From the IMG/VR virus record IMGVR_UViG_3300023218_000062: a stretch of DNA of 64,000 bases; one strand, written 5' to 3'. The notes beneath the pieces are model-generated. The model searched no databases, had not been told where the DNA came from, and saw nothing but the letters and a program-made list of their open reading frames with translations. The position numbers were made by a program, and so were the translations under genes. Shown piece by piece: positions 20,198-28,566 of this stretch (positions are counted from its first letter, which is position 1; each line of letters starts with the position of its first letter). The DNA comes from a virus. Its lineage: Duplodnaviria > Caudoviricetes.

Positions 20198-20278
20198 AGT
20201 CTTCTCTTTAAGGTCTTCTCTTTAAAGTCGTTTATTTAAAACAATAATAAATATCTGTGACCCTTCATAGATATTTGC

Positions 20279-20899
20279 ATGAGTAGACGTAGAGACCCTA
20301 GATTAAAAAAAGCACATGAAGAAATAGAATTTGATCAGAGTATGGTCAGAGAACTCATGCGCTGTTCTACTGATCCAAAGTATTTTATAAAAAATTATAT
20401 CAAGGTTAAACACCCCAAAAGGGGTAAAATTCCTTTTGCATTGTATGACTATCAGGAAGAAATGGTAGATCTTTATAATAGTGATGATGATGTAATTATT
20501 ATGAGTGCCAGACAAACAGGTAAAACCGAATCAATTTGTGCCTATCTTCTTTGGTATGCAATATTTAATGAAGATGTAACAGTTTTGGTAGTATCTAATA
20601 ACTCTACTAATGCGATGGAAATTATTTCAAAAGTTCAATATGCATATAAAGAATTGGATAATTGGATTAAACCCGGAATTGATGATGATTCATGGAACAA
20701 GCACGAATGTAAATTTGATAATGGCTCAAGGATAGTTTCTACTACTACCACTGAAGATTCTGGCCGAGGTATGGCGATATCGTTATTGTATTGTCATCAT
20801 AAAGATTCTACTGTTACTGTACGAGATAAATTGACTGGCGAGGTTAAAGAGATTACACTAGAAAAGCTTTATGATGATTTGTCTAATGGAAAAGAGTGA
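20279..20899 (+). CDS. terL: Terminase large subunit, piece 1 (171-aa N-extein + 35-aa split-intein N-fragment)
   Basis: Walker A ARQTGKT; ...GRGMAISLLY then intein block A CHHKDSTVTVRDK.TGE.KEITLEKLYDDL from nt 20792. Confidence 0.92.
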   Translation: MSRRRDPRLKKAHEEIEFDQSMVRELMRCSTDPKYFIKNYIKVKHPKRGKIPFALYDYQEEMVDLYNSDDDVIIMSARQTGKTESICAYLLWYAIFNEDVTVLVVSNNSTNAMEIISKVQYAYKELDNWIKPGIDDDSWNKHECKFDNGSRIVSTTTTEDSGRGMAISLLYCHHKDSTVTVRDKLTGEVKEITLEKLYDDLSNGKE

Positions 20900-22526
20900 A
20901 ATAATAGAATATATTGAAAAAAAGAGGAAAATATCAAACAAATTTACCAAACCTCCTAAAGAATTTGTTGATAGTTTAAAAAGACATACGTCGCATTTAA
21001 AAATTTGTGATAGAACGCCAGTAACTGCACAACTCATATGGCATTTTGAATATAATAAAGACACGCCATCCTGTCAAGAATGTGGTGTTAAAAATGTTAA
21101 ATGGAATGAAGCAAAAAGAAATTATAGATCTTTTTGCTCGCCAAAATGCGCAAATAACAACAAGCATAAAAAAGAAAAAATAAAAAAAACCCAAGAAGAA
21201 AATGGGGGACATCCCTCTATCAGACCTGAAGTACAGAAACGATCAAAAGAAACTAATATGGTTAGATATGGAACACCATATATCTTAAAAAATAAAAGCA
21301 TACGAGCTAAAGCAATTAAAACTAATTTAGAAAGATATGGTTTCCCATCTTATACCCAAACACCTAAAGCACGAAAGGAAAAAAGTGAATGGCTGAAAGA
21401 CAACCCAGATCACATGAAATTAATGCACCAAAAATCTAAAGAATATAAACAAACAGAAGAATATAAAAATAATTATAGGGATACATGTATAAAAAGGTTA
21501 AATATAAATGTAAAGAATGAAAGCGAGTTTAAAAATTATTTAAAAAAACAACATATAGAGAATAAAAAAACCGCTACAGAGATATCTCAAGAAATAGGGA
21601 TGCATATTAGTAGTGTTTGCAAATGGTTAGGAAAGATGGATGTTGATCGTAAATATTATTACACATCAACAGAACAAAATGAAGTATATGATTTTTTAAA
21701 AGAATATGATGTAGATCTACGATCTAATGTCAGAGATGTCATCAGTGGGATAGAATTGGATATATATGCACCAGATAAAAAAATCGCAATAGAATATTGT
21801 GGGCTATATTGGCATTCTGAGATACATAAACATACAACATATCATAGAGAAAAATATTTGAAATGTAAAGAACAAGGAATAAAATTAATAACCATATTTC
21901 AGGATGAGTGGTTACATAAAAAAAATATAGTAAAAAAAATGTTATTGGCAAAACTTGGTCTTTTATCTGATACTAAATTGTATGCTAGAAATACTTATTG
22001 CAAAGGCGTCTTGGATTATAAAAATGTTGAGAATTTTTTAGAGCGAAACCACATTCAGGGGAGGTCTAGTGGATCATTTTACATAGGGCTGTTTGATGAT
22101 TCAAATGAATTAGTTGCTATTGGGGTTTTTAGGAAAAAGTCTGAATGTGAATATGAATTGACACGATATGCTACTAGTACTTTAGTTATAGGTGGATTTT
22201 CAAAAATATTGAAAGGGCTTGAACGGAAAATCGAAAAGGGTAAATCGGTTATAATTTCGACCTTTGCAGACCTCAGATATTCAGAAGGAAATCTATACCA
22301 AAAGACCGGTTTTAATTTGGTAAAAGAATTAAAACCTGATTACAGTTTTGCTAAAAGAGATATCAGAATGCATAAATTTAATATGCGAGAACTAGTACGA
22401 GAAAACTCGAAAGAGTTAGAGAATGATAACTATTCTATAAATAAAATAGCCAGCATATTAGGGTATTATAAAATATATGATTGCGGGAAACAAAAATACA
22501 CAAAAACAATCACTGGTAGAAAATAA
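20886..22526 (+). CDS. Free-standing Hef/Vsr-like endonuclease with Mom/GNAT-like C-terminus, inserted within split intein 1 of terL
   Basis: CQECG...FCSPKC Zn finger, YG repeats, HTH, ELDIYAPDKKIAIEYCGLYWH, IFQDEW, TFADLRYSEGNLYQKTGF; different frame from both flanking terL pieces. Confidence 0.8.
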   Translation: MEKSEIIEYIEKKRKISNKFTKPPKEFVDSLKRHTSHLKICDRTPVTAQLIWHFEYNKDTPSCQECGVKNVKWNEAKRNYRSFCSPKCANNNKHKKEKIKKTQEENGGHPSIRPEVQKRSKETNMVRYGTPYILKNKSIRAKAIKTNLERYGFPSYTQTPKARKEKSEWLKDNPDHMKLMHQKSKEYKQTEEYKNNYRDTCIKRLNINVKNESEFKNYLKKQHIENKKTATEISQEIGMHISSVCKWLGKMDVDRKYYYTSTEQNEVYDFLKEYDVDLRSNVRDVISGIELDIYAPDKKIAIEYCGLYWHSEIHKHTTYHREKYLKCKEQGIKLITIFQDEWLHKKNIVKKMLLAKLGLLSDTKLYARNTYCKGVLDYKNVENFLERNHIQGRSSGSFYIGLFDDSNELVAIGVFRKKSECEYELTRYATSTLVIGGFSKILKGLERKIEKGKSVIISTFADLRYSEGNLYQKTGFNLVKELKPDYSFAKRDIRMHKFNMRELVRENSKELENDNYSINKIASILGYYKIYDCGKQKYTKTITGRK

Positions 22527-23481
22527 TAGATATGAAATATTAACACCAAATGGATGGGAAGATTTTTTAGGAGTAACAAAAAATCAAAAAGATTTTGAAT
22601 CTATAGAAATAGAGACTAAATCCGGAAAAACAATTCACTCAACTAAAAATCATAGACATTGTTCAAAATCTGGTGAATATATTCCGGTTAATGAATTTAA
22701 AGAGAATGACGAAATTCATACTACCGAGGGATTAGAAAAAATAATACATATTACAGAAAAAAATCTCAGTGAGACTTATGATATATTTAAAACTGATTCT
22801 AATACTGTAATTGTGAATAAAGTATACACCCATAATTGTGACGAACTCGCATTCGTTAAGTCCAGTATACAGGAAAAGTTCTGGACATCTATATCTCCAA
22901 CTTTGGCTACGGGAGGAAAGTGTATAATATCTTCTACTCCAAATGGAAACTCAAATTTATTTGCAGAATTATGGCGGGGAGCAAATAATGAGATAAATTC
23001 GTTCAAATATAAGCATGTTCCATGGGATGCCCCACCGGGTAGGGATGAAGAATTTAAACGTCAGCAAATAGGGAAGATCGGTAAAAGAAAATGGTATCAA
23101 GAGTATGAGTGTTGCCATCCGACCTCGTTAATAGAGTTGAGCGACAATGATGAACGCATGTTTGTTAAAGTACCAATTTCTTTAGCATATGAGTGTCTAC
23201 GCAACAATAAAGATATATTTAATTTATCACCACCGTGCCTGACTGGAAAATATGTCATTTCTCCATTAGATGGAAATAAGTATTGTAGAAAAAACGGTAG
23301 ATTTTTGATGCACCTTAAGGAAAATGGATATATATCATATGAAGATTTTTTTGAAAGTTTATTCCCCCAGCACAAAAAAGTCTGTTCCTATTGTAGAAAA
23401 ACAGCTTCTTTCAACAATTCTACCATGAGTTATTTACGAACATGTGGGGATCGTGTATGTGTTGGAAAAGAAACATCTTAG
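22477..23481 (+). CDS. terL: Terminase large subunit, piece 2 (intein-1 C-fragment + 91-aa middle extein + intein-2 N-fragment)
   Basis: YEILTPNGW..F.G, T.NH, YDI...VYTHN|CDELAFV (Walker B), SSTPNG, WYQEYE|CCHPTSLIEL (second block A at nt 23110). Confidence 0.9.
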   Translation: MIAGNKNTQKQSLVENNRYEILTPNGWEDFLGVTKNQKDFESIEIETKSGKTIHSTKNHRHCSKSGEYIPVNEFKENDEIHTTEGLEKIIHITEKNLSETYDIFKTDSNTVIVNKVYTHNCDELAFVKSSIQEKFWTSISPTLATGGKCIISSTPNGNSNLFAELWRGANNEINSFKYKHVPWDAPPGRDEEFKRQQIGKIGKRKWYQEYECCHPTSLIELSDNDERMFVKVPISLAYECLRNNKDIFNLSPPCLTGKYVISPLDGNKYCRKNGRFLMHLKENGYISYEDFFESLFPQHKKVCSYCRKTASFNNSTMSYLRTCGDRVCVGKETS

Positions 23482-23538
23482 GACACCATAATTTGCAAAT
23501 GTTGGATAGTAGAGAAAATAGAAGGAAGAGTTTCAAAT

Positions 23539-24684
23539 ATGAATAACTTGGCGTTCAATGATAATAACTGGAAAATAAAATCAATCAATGGCTATGAATC
23601 TTTTACAGGAATAGCTAATATGGGAAGTAAGAAAATTTATGAAGTAAACTTTTCTGATAATACTAAAATTAAGGTTACTAAACACCACAAATTCATTAAT
23701 ACGAACCTAGATGTGATTGAAGTTATTAATTTAAAATCAGGAGACCAACTATTATCAACAAATAGCAATGTTGTTAAAATAGTCAACGGCATACATAAAA
23801 CAGATGAAAAAACAGACGTATACGATGTAATTGAGTCTTCCAGTAATATGTTTTTTTTGAATGGTGTATTAAGTCACAATTGTCGCTTTTTATCAGAAGA
23901 TCATACTCTTATTGATACCATGATCATCAACAACATTGAAAATGAAATGGATGAGAAATATAAGGATAACGGCGGAGACCCACCAGTAGCATTCAAGATT
24001 GGAGATCTTGAATTCTTTAAGAAGATAAATAAATCCATGGCATATTTAGTGTCTGTTGACGTTGCATCAGGATCAGGAAGTGACTTTTCTGTTATTGAAG
24101 TAACGGAATTTCCGAGTATGGAACAGGTGTTGGAATTTAGATCTAATAACACAAATGAAAAATTTTTATATTCCAGACTTAAGAATATTCTCCTATTTTT
24201 GCAACAAAATAGTAAAGAAGTCTATTTCTCTGTAGAGAATAATGGATTGGGTGCAAGTATATTGGCATTGTATGAATATGATGAATCACCACCGCAAAGC
24301 GCATACCTCATTTCTGATAGTAACAACAAGAGGCTAGGTCTTTCAATGTCTGAAACAACTAAACGTACAGCTAGTATGAAACTTAAAAATATGATTGAAA
24401 CAAGATCATATAAATTTTATTCTAAACAAATAATTAAAGAACTAAAGAGCTATACGCGTCAAGGCGCCAACTTTAAGGCAGAGGTGGGATCTACTGATGA
24501 CACTATATCAGCATTATTAATCCTAATGAGAATGTTAGAAGAAATGGCTGACTATAATCCATATGCGTTCGATAAGATTTATAATATAAAAGGACAGGAT
24601 GATAAACAGGAAGAATTTGATGAAGAATTTGTAGACGATCCTAAGACACTAGATGATATGCCGATGCCTATTAGTATAGCCTGA
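23539..24684 (+). CDS. terL: Terminase large subunit, piece 3 (intein-2 C-fragment + 267-aa nuclease C-extein)
   Basis: WKIKSINGYESF.G, T..H.F, VYDV...NGVLSHN|CRFLSEDHTLI; nuclease motifs VSVDVASGSGSDFS, VENNG, TDD.+SA. Confidence 0.9.
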   Translation: MNNLAFNDNNWKIKSINGYESFTGIANMGSKKIYEVNFSDNTKIKVTKHHKFINTNLDVIEVINLKSGDQLLSTNSNVVKIVNGIHKTDEKTDVYDVIESSSNMFFLNGVLSHNCRFLSEDHTLIDTMIINNIENEMDEKYKDNGGDPPVAFKIGDLEFFKKINKSMAYLVSVDVASGSGSDFSVIEVTEFPSMEQVLEFRSNNTNEKFLYSRLKNILLFLQQNSKEVYFSVENNGLGASILALYEYDESPPQSAYLISDSNNKRLGLSMSETTKRTASMKLKNMIETRSYKFYSKQIIKELKSYTRQGANFKAEVGSTDDTISALLILMRMLEEMADYNPYAFDKIYNIKGQDDKQEEFDEEFVDDPKTLDDMPMPISIA

Positions 24685-24722
24685 AGATTTATATAAATAG
24701 AACATAATATATAATGTTATGA

Positions 24723-25280
24723 ATGAAACTAGAATCTCTATTTTTATTTGAAAGGACAATGGGTTCTTTAGTATCGGTGACTAGAAACTCATTTGGTCCC
24801 GATAGAGACACTAATTCTAATGCGGTACAAGTTAAGGATGTACAATATATACCATTGGTTGAGCAAGGAATGATGCAAGTTAAAGCTAGGACCTTTAGTG
24901 GCCCTGATGCTAATGAATATCAATCTATCATATCGATAGATGATGTTGAATATATAAATGAAGAAGAATTTAATAATATGCAAGGAACGAGCGAGGTAGT
25001 ATTTGAACTTATATCTTCTGGTGGAACGCCATTTTATGTTAAAGATAATAGAACAAATAATGATGTAAAGGTTAGATGTACTTGTGAGGATTTTAGATGG
25101 AGATTTGCCAAATATAATTATAATGATCAGAGTCTACAAGGTGACCCACCAGAAGCGTATGCGAAGAAAACGGATAGACCCTCTGTGAATCCACATAATA
25201 CACCGGGAGTTTGTAAACATCTAATTAAACTTAAGAAAGAATTAGAAAGAGACGATTTTTTTAGAACAGTGTTGCAGTAA
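24723..25280 (+). CDS. SWIM-type zinc-finger protein
   Basis: VRCTCEDFRW...GVCKHL; late promoter TATAAATA at 24692. Confidence 0.65.
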   Translation: MKLESLFLFERTMGSLVSVTRNSFGPDRDTNSNAVQVKDVQYIPLVEQGMMQVKARTFSGPDANEYQSIISIDDVEYINEEEFNNMQGTSEVVFELISSGGTPFYVKDNRTNNDVKVRCTCEDFRWRFAKYNYNDQSLQGDPPEAYAKKTDRPSVNPHNTPGVCKHLIKLKKELERDDFFRTVLQ

Positions 25281-25428
25281 TACATTCAAGACTATATAAT
25301 GTTCTAAGAACATTGGATACATCCTGTATCCATAGAAAAAGGCACATGGGGTGCCATAGAGATAGTACGATTAGAAACGATACTAGACAGCCTAAGAAAC
25401 TTAAGAAATTTAAGAAAGGAGATTAAAT
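25272..25428 (+). promoter_or_regulatory. Promoter plus structured/repeated leader of SSB gene (gene-32-like translational operator)
   Basis: TTGCAG-N17-TATAAT (25272-25300); hairpins tggatac/gtatcca and ggcac/gtgcc; TAAGAAA three times at 9-nt period (25393, 25402, 25411) running into aggag RBS. Confidence 0.55.
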
Positions 25429-26418
25429 ATGGCTAAAAAATTAACGATGAAAGAAATTCAAGAGTTAGCAAAAAAGAAAACTTCTGGTGGGGATAAACAA
25501 AAGTTTAAGAACAGTGATATATATCCATTTTGGCTAATGGCGGAAGATGAAATCGCTAAGGTAAGATTTCTTCCAGATAAAAATAAAGAAAATGTTCTTC
25601 CATTTATAGAAAAATTGGAGCATAAATTAACGATAGGCGGTAATATTAGAAAAATTCCATGTCCTAAAATGTATGGACATAAATGCCCTATTTGTGACTT
25701 ATCTCAGGAATACTATAAATCAGAAGGGGATGATTCTAGTAACGGAAAATACTACTACCGTGATCGGATGCATTTAATTAGAGCAATTATAATAGAGGAT
25801 CCTCTTCCACCTGATTCTGAAACGGGAGAAACGTATGTAGGAAAGACTGCAACACTGCAATTAGGCTTTCAAATATATGAAAAGATTATGGAGCAATTAG
25901 GAACATTTTTCGACGATGACGACATGCCACCATGGGATTTTGATGAGGGGTATAATTTCAATATTAAAAAAGTGAAGCAAGGTAAATATTTTAAATATGA
26001 TATAGGATCATCATTTGACCGTAAACCTAGTTCTATACCTGATGAATATTTGGAAAATGTCGAGCTTATAGATTATAGAACTCTTCTACCAGAAGAGATT
26101 ACTTATGATAAAGCTAATGAATTTCTTGAGAAGCACATGTCTGGTGGTGTGGACGATGAAGATAGCTTAGAGAATAAAAAGGTAAAGTCACTAGATGGCG
26201 CTGAAAAACGCGCAGCAATGCTGGCACGTTTAGAAGGTAACTTTGAAGAAGATGAAGAAGATGAAGAAGATGAAGGTGAGGAAGGTGAGGATGATGAACA
26301 GGATGATGAACAGGATGAAGCAAAAAAAGCAATAGAAGAAATTGCTAAAGAGGCTGAAGACGACGACGAAGATGCTGAATTACAAGCAATAATAAACCGC
26401 CGAAGAAAGAAATCTTGA
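25429..26418 (+). CDS. gp32: Single-stranded DNA-binding protein (T4 gp32-like)
   Basis: PFW...AKVRFLPD, Zn site CP...CPIC, GYNFNIK, YD.SSF, very acidic C-terminal tail. Confidence 0.85.
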   Translation: MAKKLTMKEIQELAKKKTSGGDKQKFKNSDIYPFWLMAEDEIAKVRFLPDKNKENVLPFIEKLEHKLTIGGNIRKIPCPKMYGHKCPICDLSQEYYKSEGDDSSNGKYYYRDRMHLIRAIIIEDPLPPDSETGETYVGKTATLQLGFQIYEKIMEQLGTFFDDDDMPPWDFDEGYNFNIKKVKQGKYFKYDIGSSFDRKPSSIPDEYLENVELIDYRTLLPEEITYDKANEFLEKHMSGGVDDEDSLENKKVKSLDGAEKRAAMLARLEGNFEEDEEDEEDEGEEGEDDEQDDEQDEAKKAIEEIAKEAEDDDEDAELQAIINRRRKKS

Positions 26419-26426
26419 GTTGCTCA

Positions 26427-26470
26427 TTGACGTAAAACAATAAAGACTATATCATATTGATATAGTCTTT
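26427..26470 (+). promoter_or_regulatory. sigma70-like promoter overlapping a perfect 13-bp inverted repeat (probable terminator of SSB transcript)
   Basis: TTGACG-N17-TATCAT; arms 26442-26454 aaagactatatca and 26458-26470 tgatatagtcttt, followed by T-rich tract. Confidence 0.65.
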
Positions 26471-26489
26471 TCTTTAAAAGGAGAAATTA

Positions 26490-27515
26490 ATGGCGAACCC
26501 ATTGAATAAATTTAAAAAAGATATAGAAAAAATGAAAGATGTTACGACTAATTCTGCGCCACCTAAATATTGGCTCAGTACCGGTTTCTATATTATTAAT
26601 AAAACGATTACGGGATCATATGACAAAGGATATGCATCGAGTAGAGTATCTATGTTGACAGGCCCTTCTAGTGCTGGAAAGAGTTTTATGGCCATTCAAT
26701 CTGCAGTAGAAGCTCAAAATATGGGATATATTGTGTTTATAGTTGATTCAGAACATGCTTTAGATGATAATTATATGAAAGCTGTAGGATTAGATGTAAA
26801 CTCAGAAACATTTTTTTATAATGATGTTAAATCATTAGAAGCTGCTAAAAAAGTGACCGCTGCATTCATCAATATGTACAGAGATAATAAAGACGAGTTG
26901 CCACCTGCGTTAATCTTGATTGATAGTATGGATCAGCTTAAAACAAAAACACATGTAGAAAAATCTGAAAAAGGTGAAGTGCATAATGATCAGGGACAGC
27001 ATGCTAAACAGCTTAAACAATTTGCGGCGGATATAGCGCATGAGATAAAAAGCTTAGATATATTTTGTATTATGACAAAACAGCCGTATAAAAATCAAGA
27101 TCCCATTATGGCAAAAGTGCAACCATATATAATTACAGATGCCATGCGATTTCCATTTAGCCAAATTATACTTTTGACTAATAGGAGACTTAAAGATAAA
27201 ACAACTAAAAAGGTTGAAGGTATAGCCCTAAAAGTATTCGCAGAAAAAACTAGATTTACTAAACCATTTCAATCCTGTGTGGTAGACATACCATATGATA
27301 GTCCAATCGATCCATATAGTGGAGTGTTAGAAGCAGCAGAAAATATAGGAATAATAAAAAAAACTGGTGCATGGTATGATTTTGAAGGGAATAAGTTTCA
27401 AGAACGCAATTCAAACCATGTTATAGAAGAAATATATAATAAACTTAGAGAAATGGATGAGGACGAAAATGTTGTATTAGAGTTTGGGAATGATGAGGAA
27501 AAGGATGAGAAGTAG
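26490..27515 (+). CDS. uvsX: RecA-like recombinase (UvsX)
   Basis: GPSSAGKS, VDSEHALD, LIDSM, KTRF.KPF, GAWY. Confidence 0.9.
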   Translation: MANPLNKFKKDIEKMKDVTTNSAPPKYWLSTGFYIINKTITGSYDKGYASSRVSMLTGPSSAGKSFMAIQSAVEAQNMGYIVFIVDSEHALDDNYMKAVGLDVNSETFFYNDVKSLEAAKKVTAAFINMYRDNKDELPPALILIDSMDQLKTKTHVEKSEKGEVHNDQGQHAKQLKQFAADIAHEIKSLDIFCIMTKQPYKNQDPIMAKVQPYIITDAMRFPFSQIILLTNRRLKDKTTKKVEGIALKVFAEKTRFTKPFQSCVVDIPYDSPIDPYSGVLEAAENIGIIKKTGAWYDFEGNKFQERNSNHVIEEIYNKLREMDEDENVVLEFGNDEEKDEK

Positions 27516-28089
27516 TAAGGTAAATTTAAAAAAATTATTTAAAAAAAGAGAGCAGCATTATTTAGCGACTACTCAAGAAATACTGGAAGTTTTTTTACCA
27601 CCATTGAGTGATGCTATTAAAGATGTAATATATGATGGTAAACCCATAAACATATTAGTAAAAGGTGTTTATCCAGTAATTGATAATTTAAACTATATTT
27701 CCATCATTGCTAAAGTTTCAGATTTTTCTATAGGAGATATAATTTCTGTTATAGATGACAGTAATACAGAAAATGTTGCAGAAAATGTTGCAGAAAATGT
27801 TGCAGAAGATGTTACAGAAGATATAGAAATAACTAAAAATAATTACTGGAAATGGGCCAGTACTATAACGTTAAATATGCCTATATCAGTGTTGGAAACT
27901 CAAGATGAAAATGCTATGATGGAGTTTCTTAATGAAGTATATGATGAAGATAGCATAGAAACAACCTTTATAAATGAAGATGGAAAAATATTAGATGACG
28001 AGACGTTTGATGAAAGTAAACTAGATAAAACACAACAAGAATTATTAGGGCTACAAGTGTATGGCAAAAATAATGGAATAAAACATTAA
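27484..28089 (+). CDS. Hypothetical acidic protein
   Basis: About 200-aa ORF; ENVA x3 tandem (12-nt unit, 27769-27816). Confidence 0.6.
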   Translation: MGMMRKRMRSSKVNLKKLFKKREQHYLATTQEILEVFLPPLSDAIKDVIYDGKPINILVKGVYPVIDNLNYISIIAKVSDFSIGDIISVIDDSNTENVAENVAENVAEDVTEDIEITKNNYWKWASTITLNMPISVLETQDENAMMEFLNEVYDEDSIETTFINEDGKILDDETFDESKLDKTQQELLGLQVYGKNNGIKH

Positions 28090-28091
28090 AT

Positions 28092-28565
28092 ATGAGTTCA
28101 AAAAATTTAAAAAGAATAAGAAAAGATTTTGCACATGCCTTGACAATAATAAATGAGTATGAGAAAAAACTATATGGGTGGAAAAATAATCTAAGTTTAG
28201 ACAATAAAAACATAGAACGCGTTAATATAGAACAATCATCATGGCTTGCTTATTATGATGAAATAAAGGTTAATTTGAAAACTATGGTGGAGTATTTAGA
28301 ATACCTGTTAAAAAATCAAAAAGCACAGGATATACGAGTGTTAATGCGAACTTCAGAAAAGTCTCTAACCGACCGCATGTTAGATAAATTGGCGGAAGAT
28401 AGTCAAGACTATAAAGATATATTTATGGTATATTTGGAAGTAAAGGAGTTATATCTTATAGCGGACTCTATTGTTAATCAATTGTACCAACGAGGATATA
28501 GTATTAATAATATAGTAAAAATACGAGAAAAGGAAATGCAGGGAATAACCCTACATTTAAAGTAA
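28092..28565 (+). CDS. uvsY: Recombination mediator UvsY-like
   Basis: Helical 157 aa between uvsX and uvsW; C-terminal RGYSINNIVKIR as in UvsY family. Confidence 0.7.
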   Translation: MSSKNLKRIRKDFAHALTIINEYEKKLYGWKNNLSLDNKNIERVNIEQSSWLAYYDEIKVNLKTMVEYLEYLLKNQKAQDIRVLMRTSEKSLTDRMLDKLAEDSQDYKDIFMVYLEVKELYLIADSIVNQLYQRGYSINNIVKIREKEMQGITLHLK

Positions 28566-28566
28566 T

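Noticed and set aside
20899-22477. Group I intron interrupting terL
   Set aside because: The endonuclease ORF fills the whole gap and overlaps both flanks, leaving no room for P3-P9 core elements; intein motifs explain the junctions at protein level
23479-23481. Genome-wide TAG reassignment
   Set aside because: Long conserved genes across the window translate full length in the standard code and several end in TAG; this is the only internal TAG seen in a conserved gene
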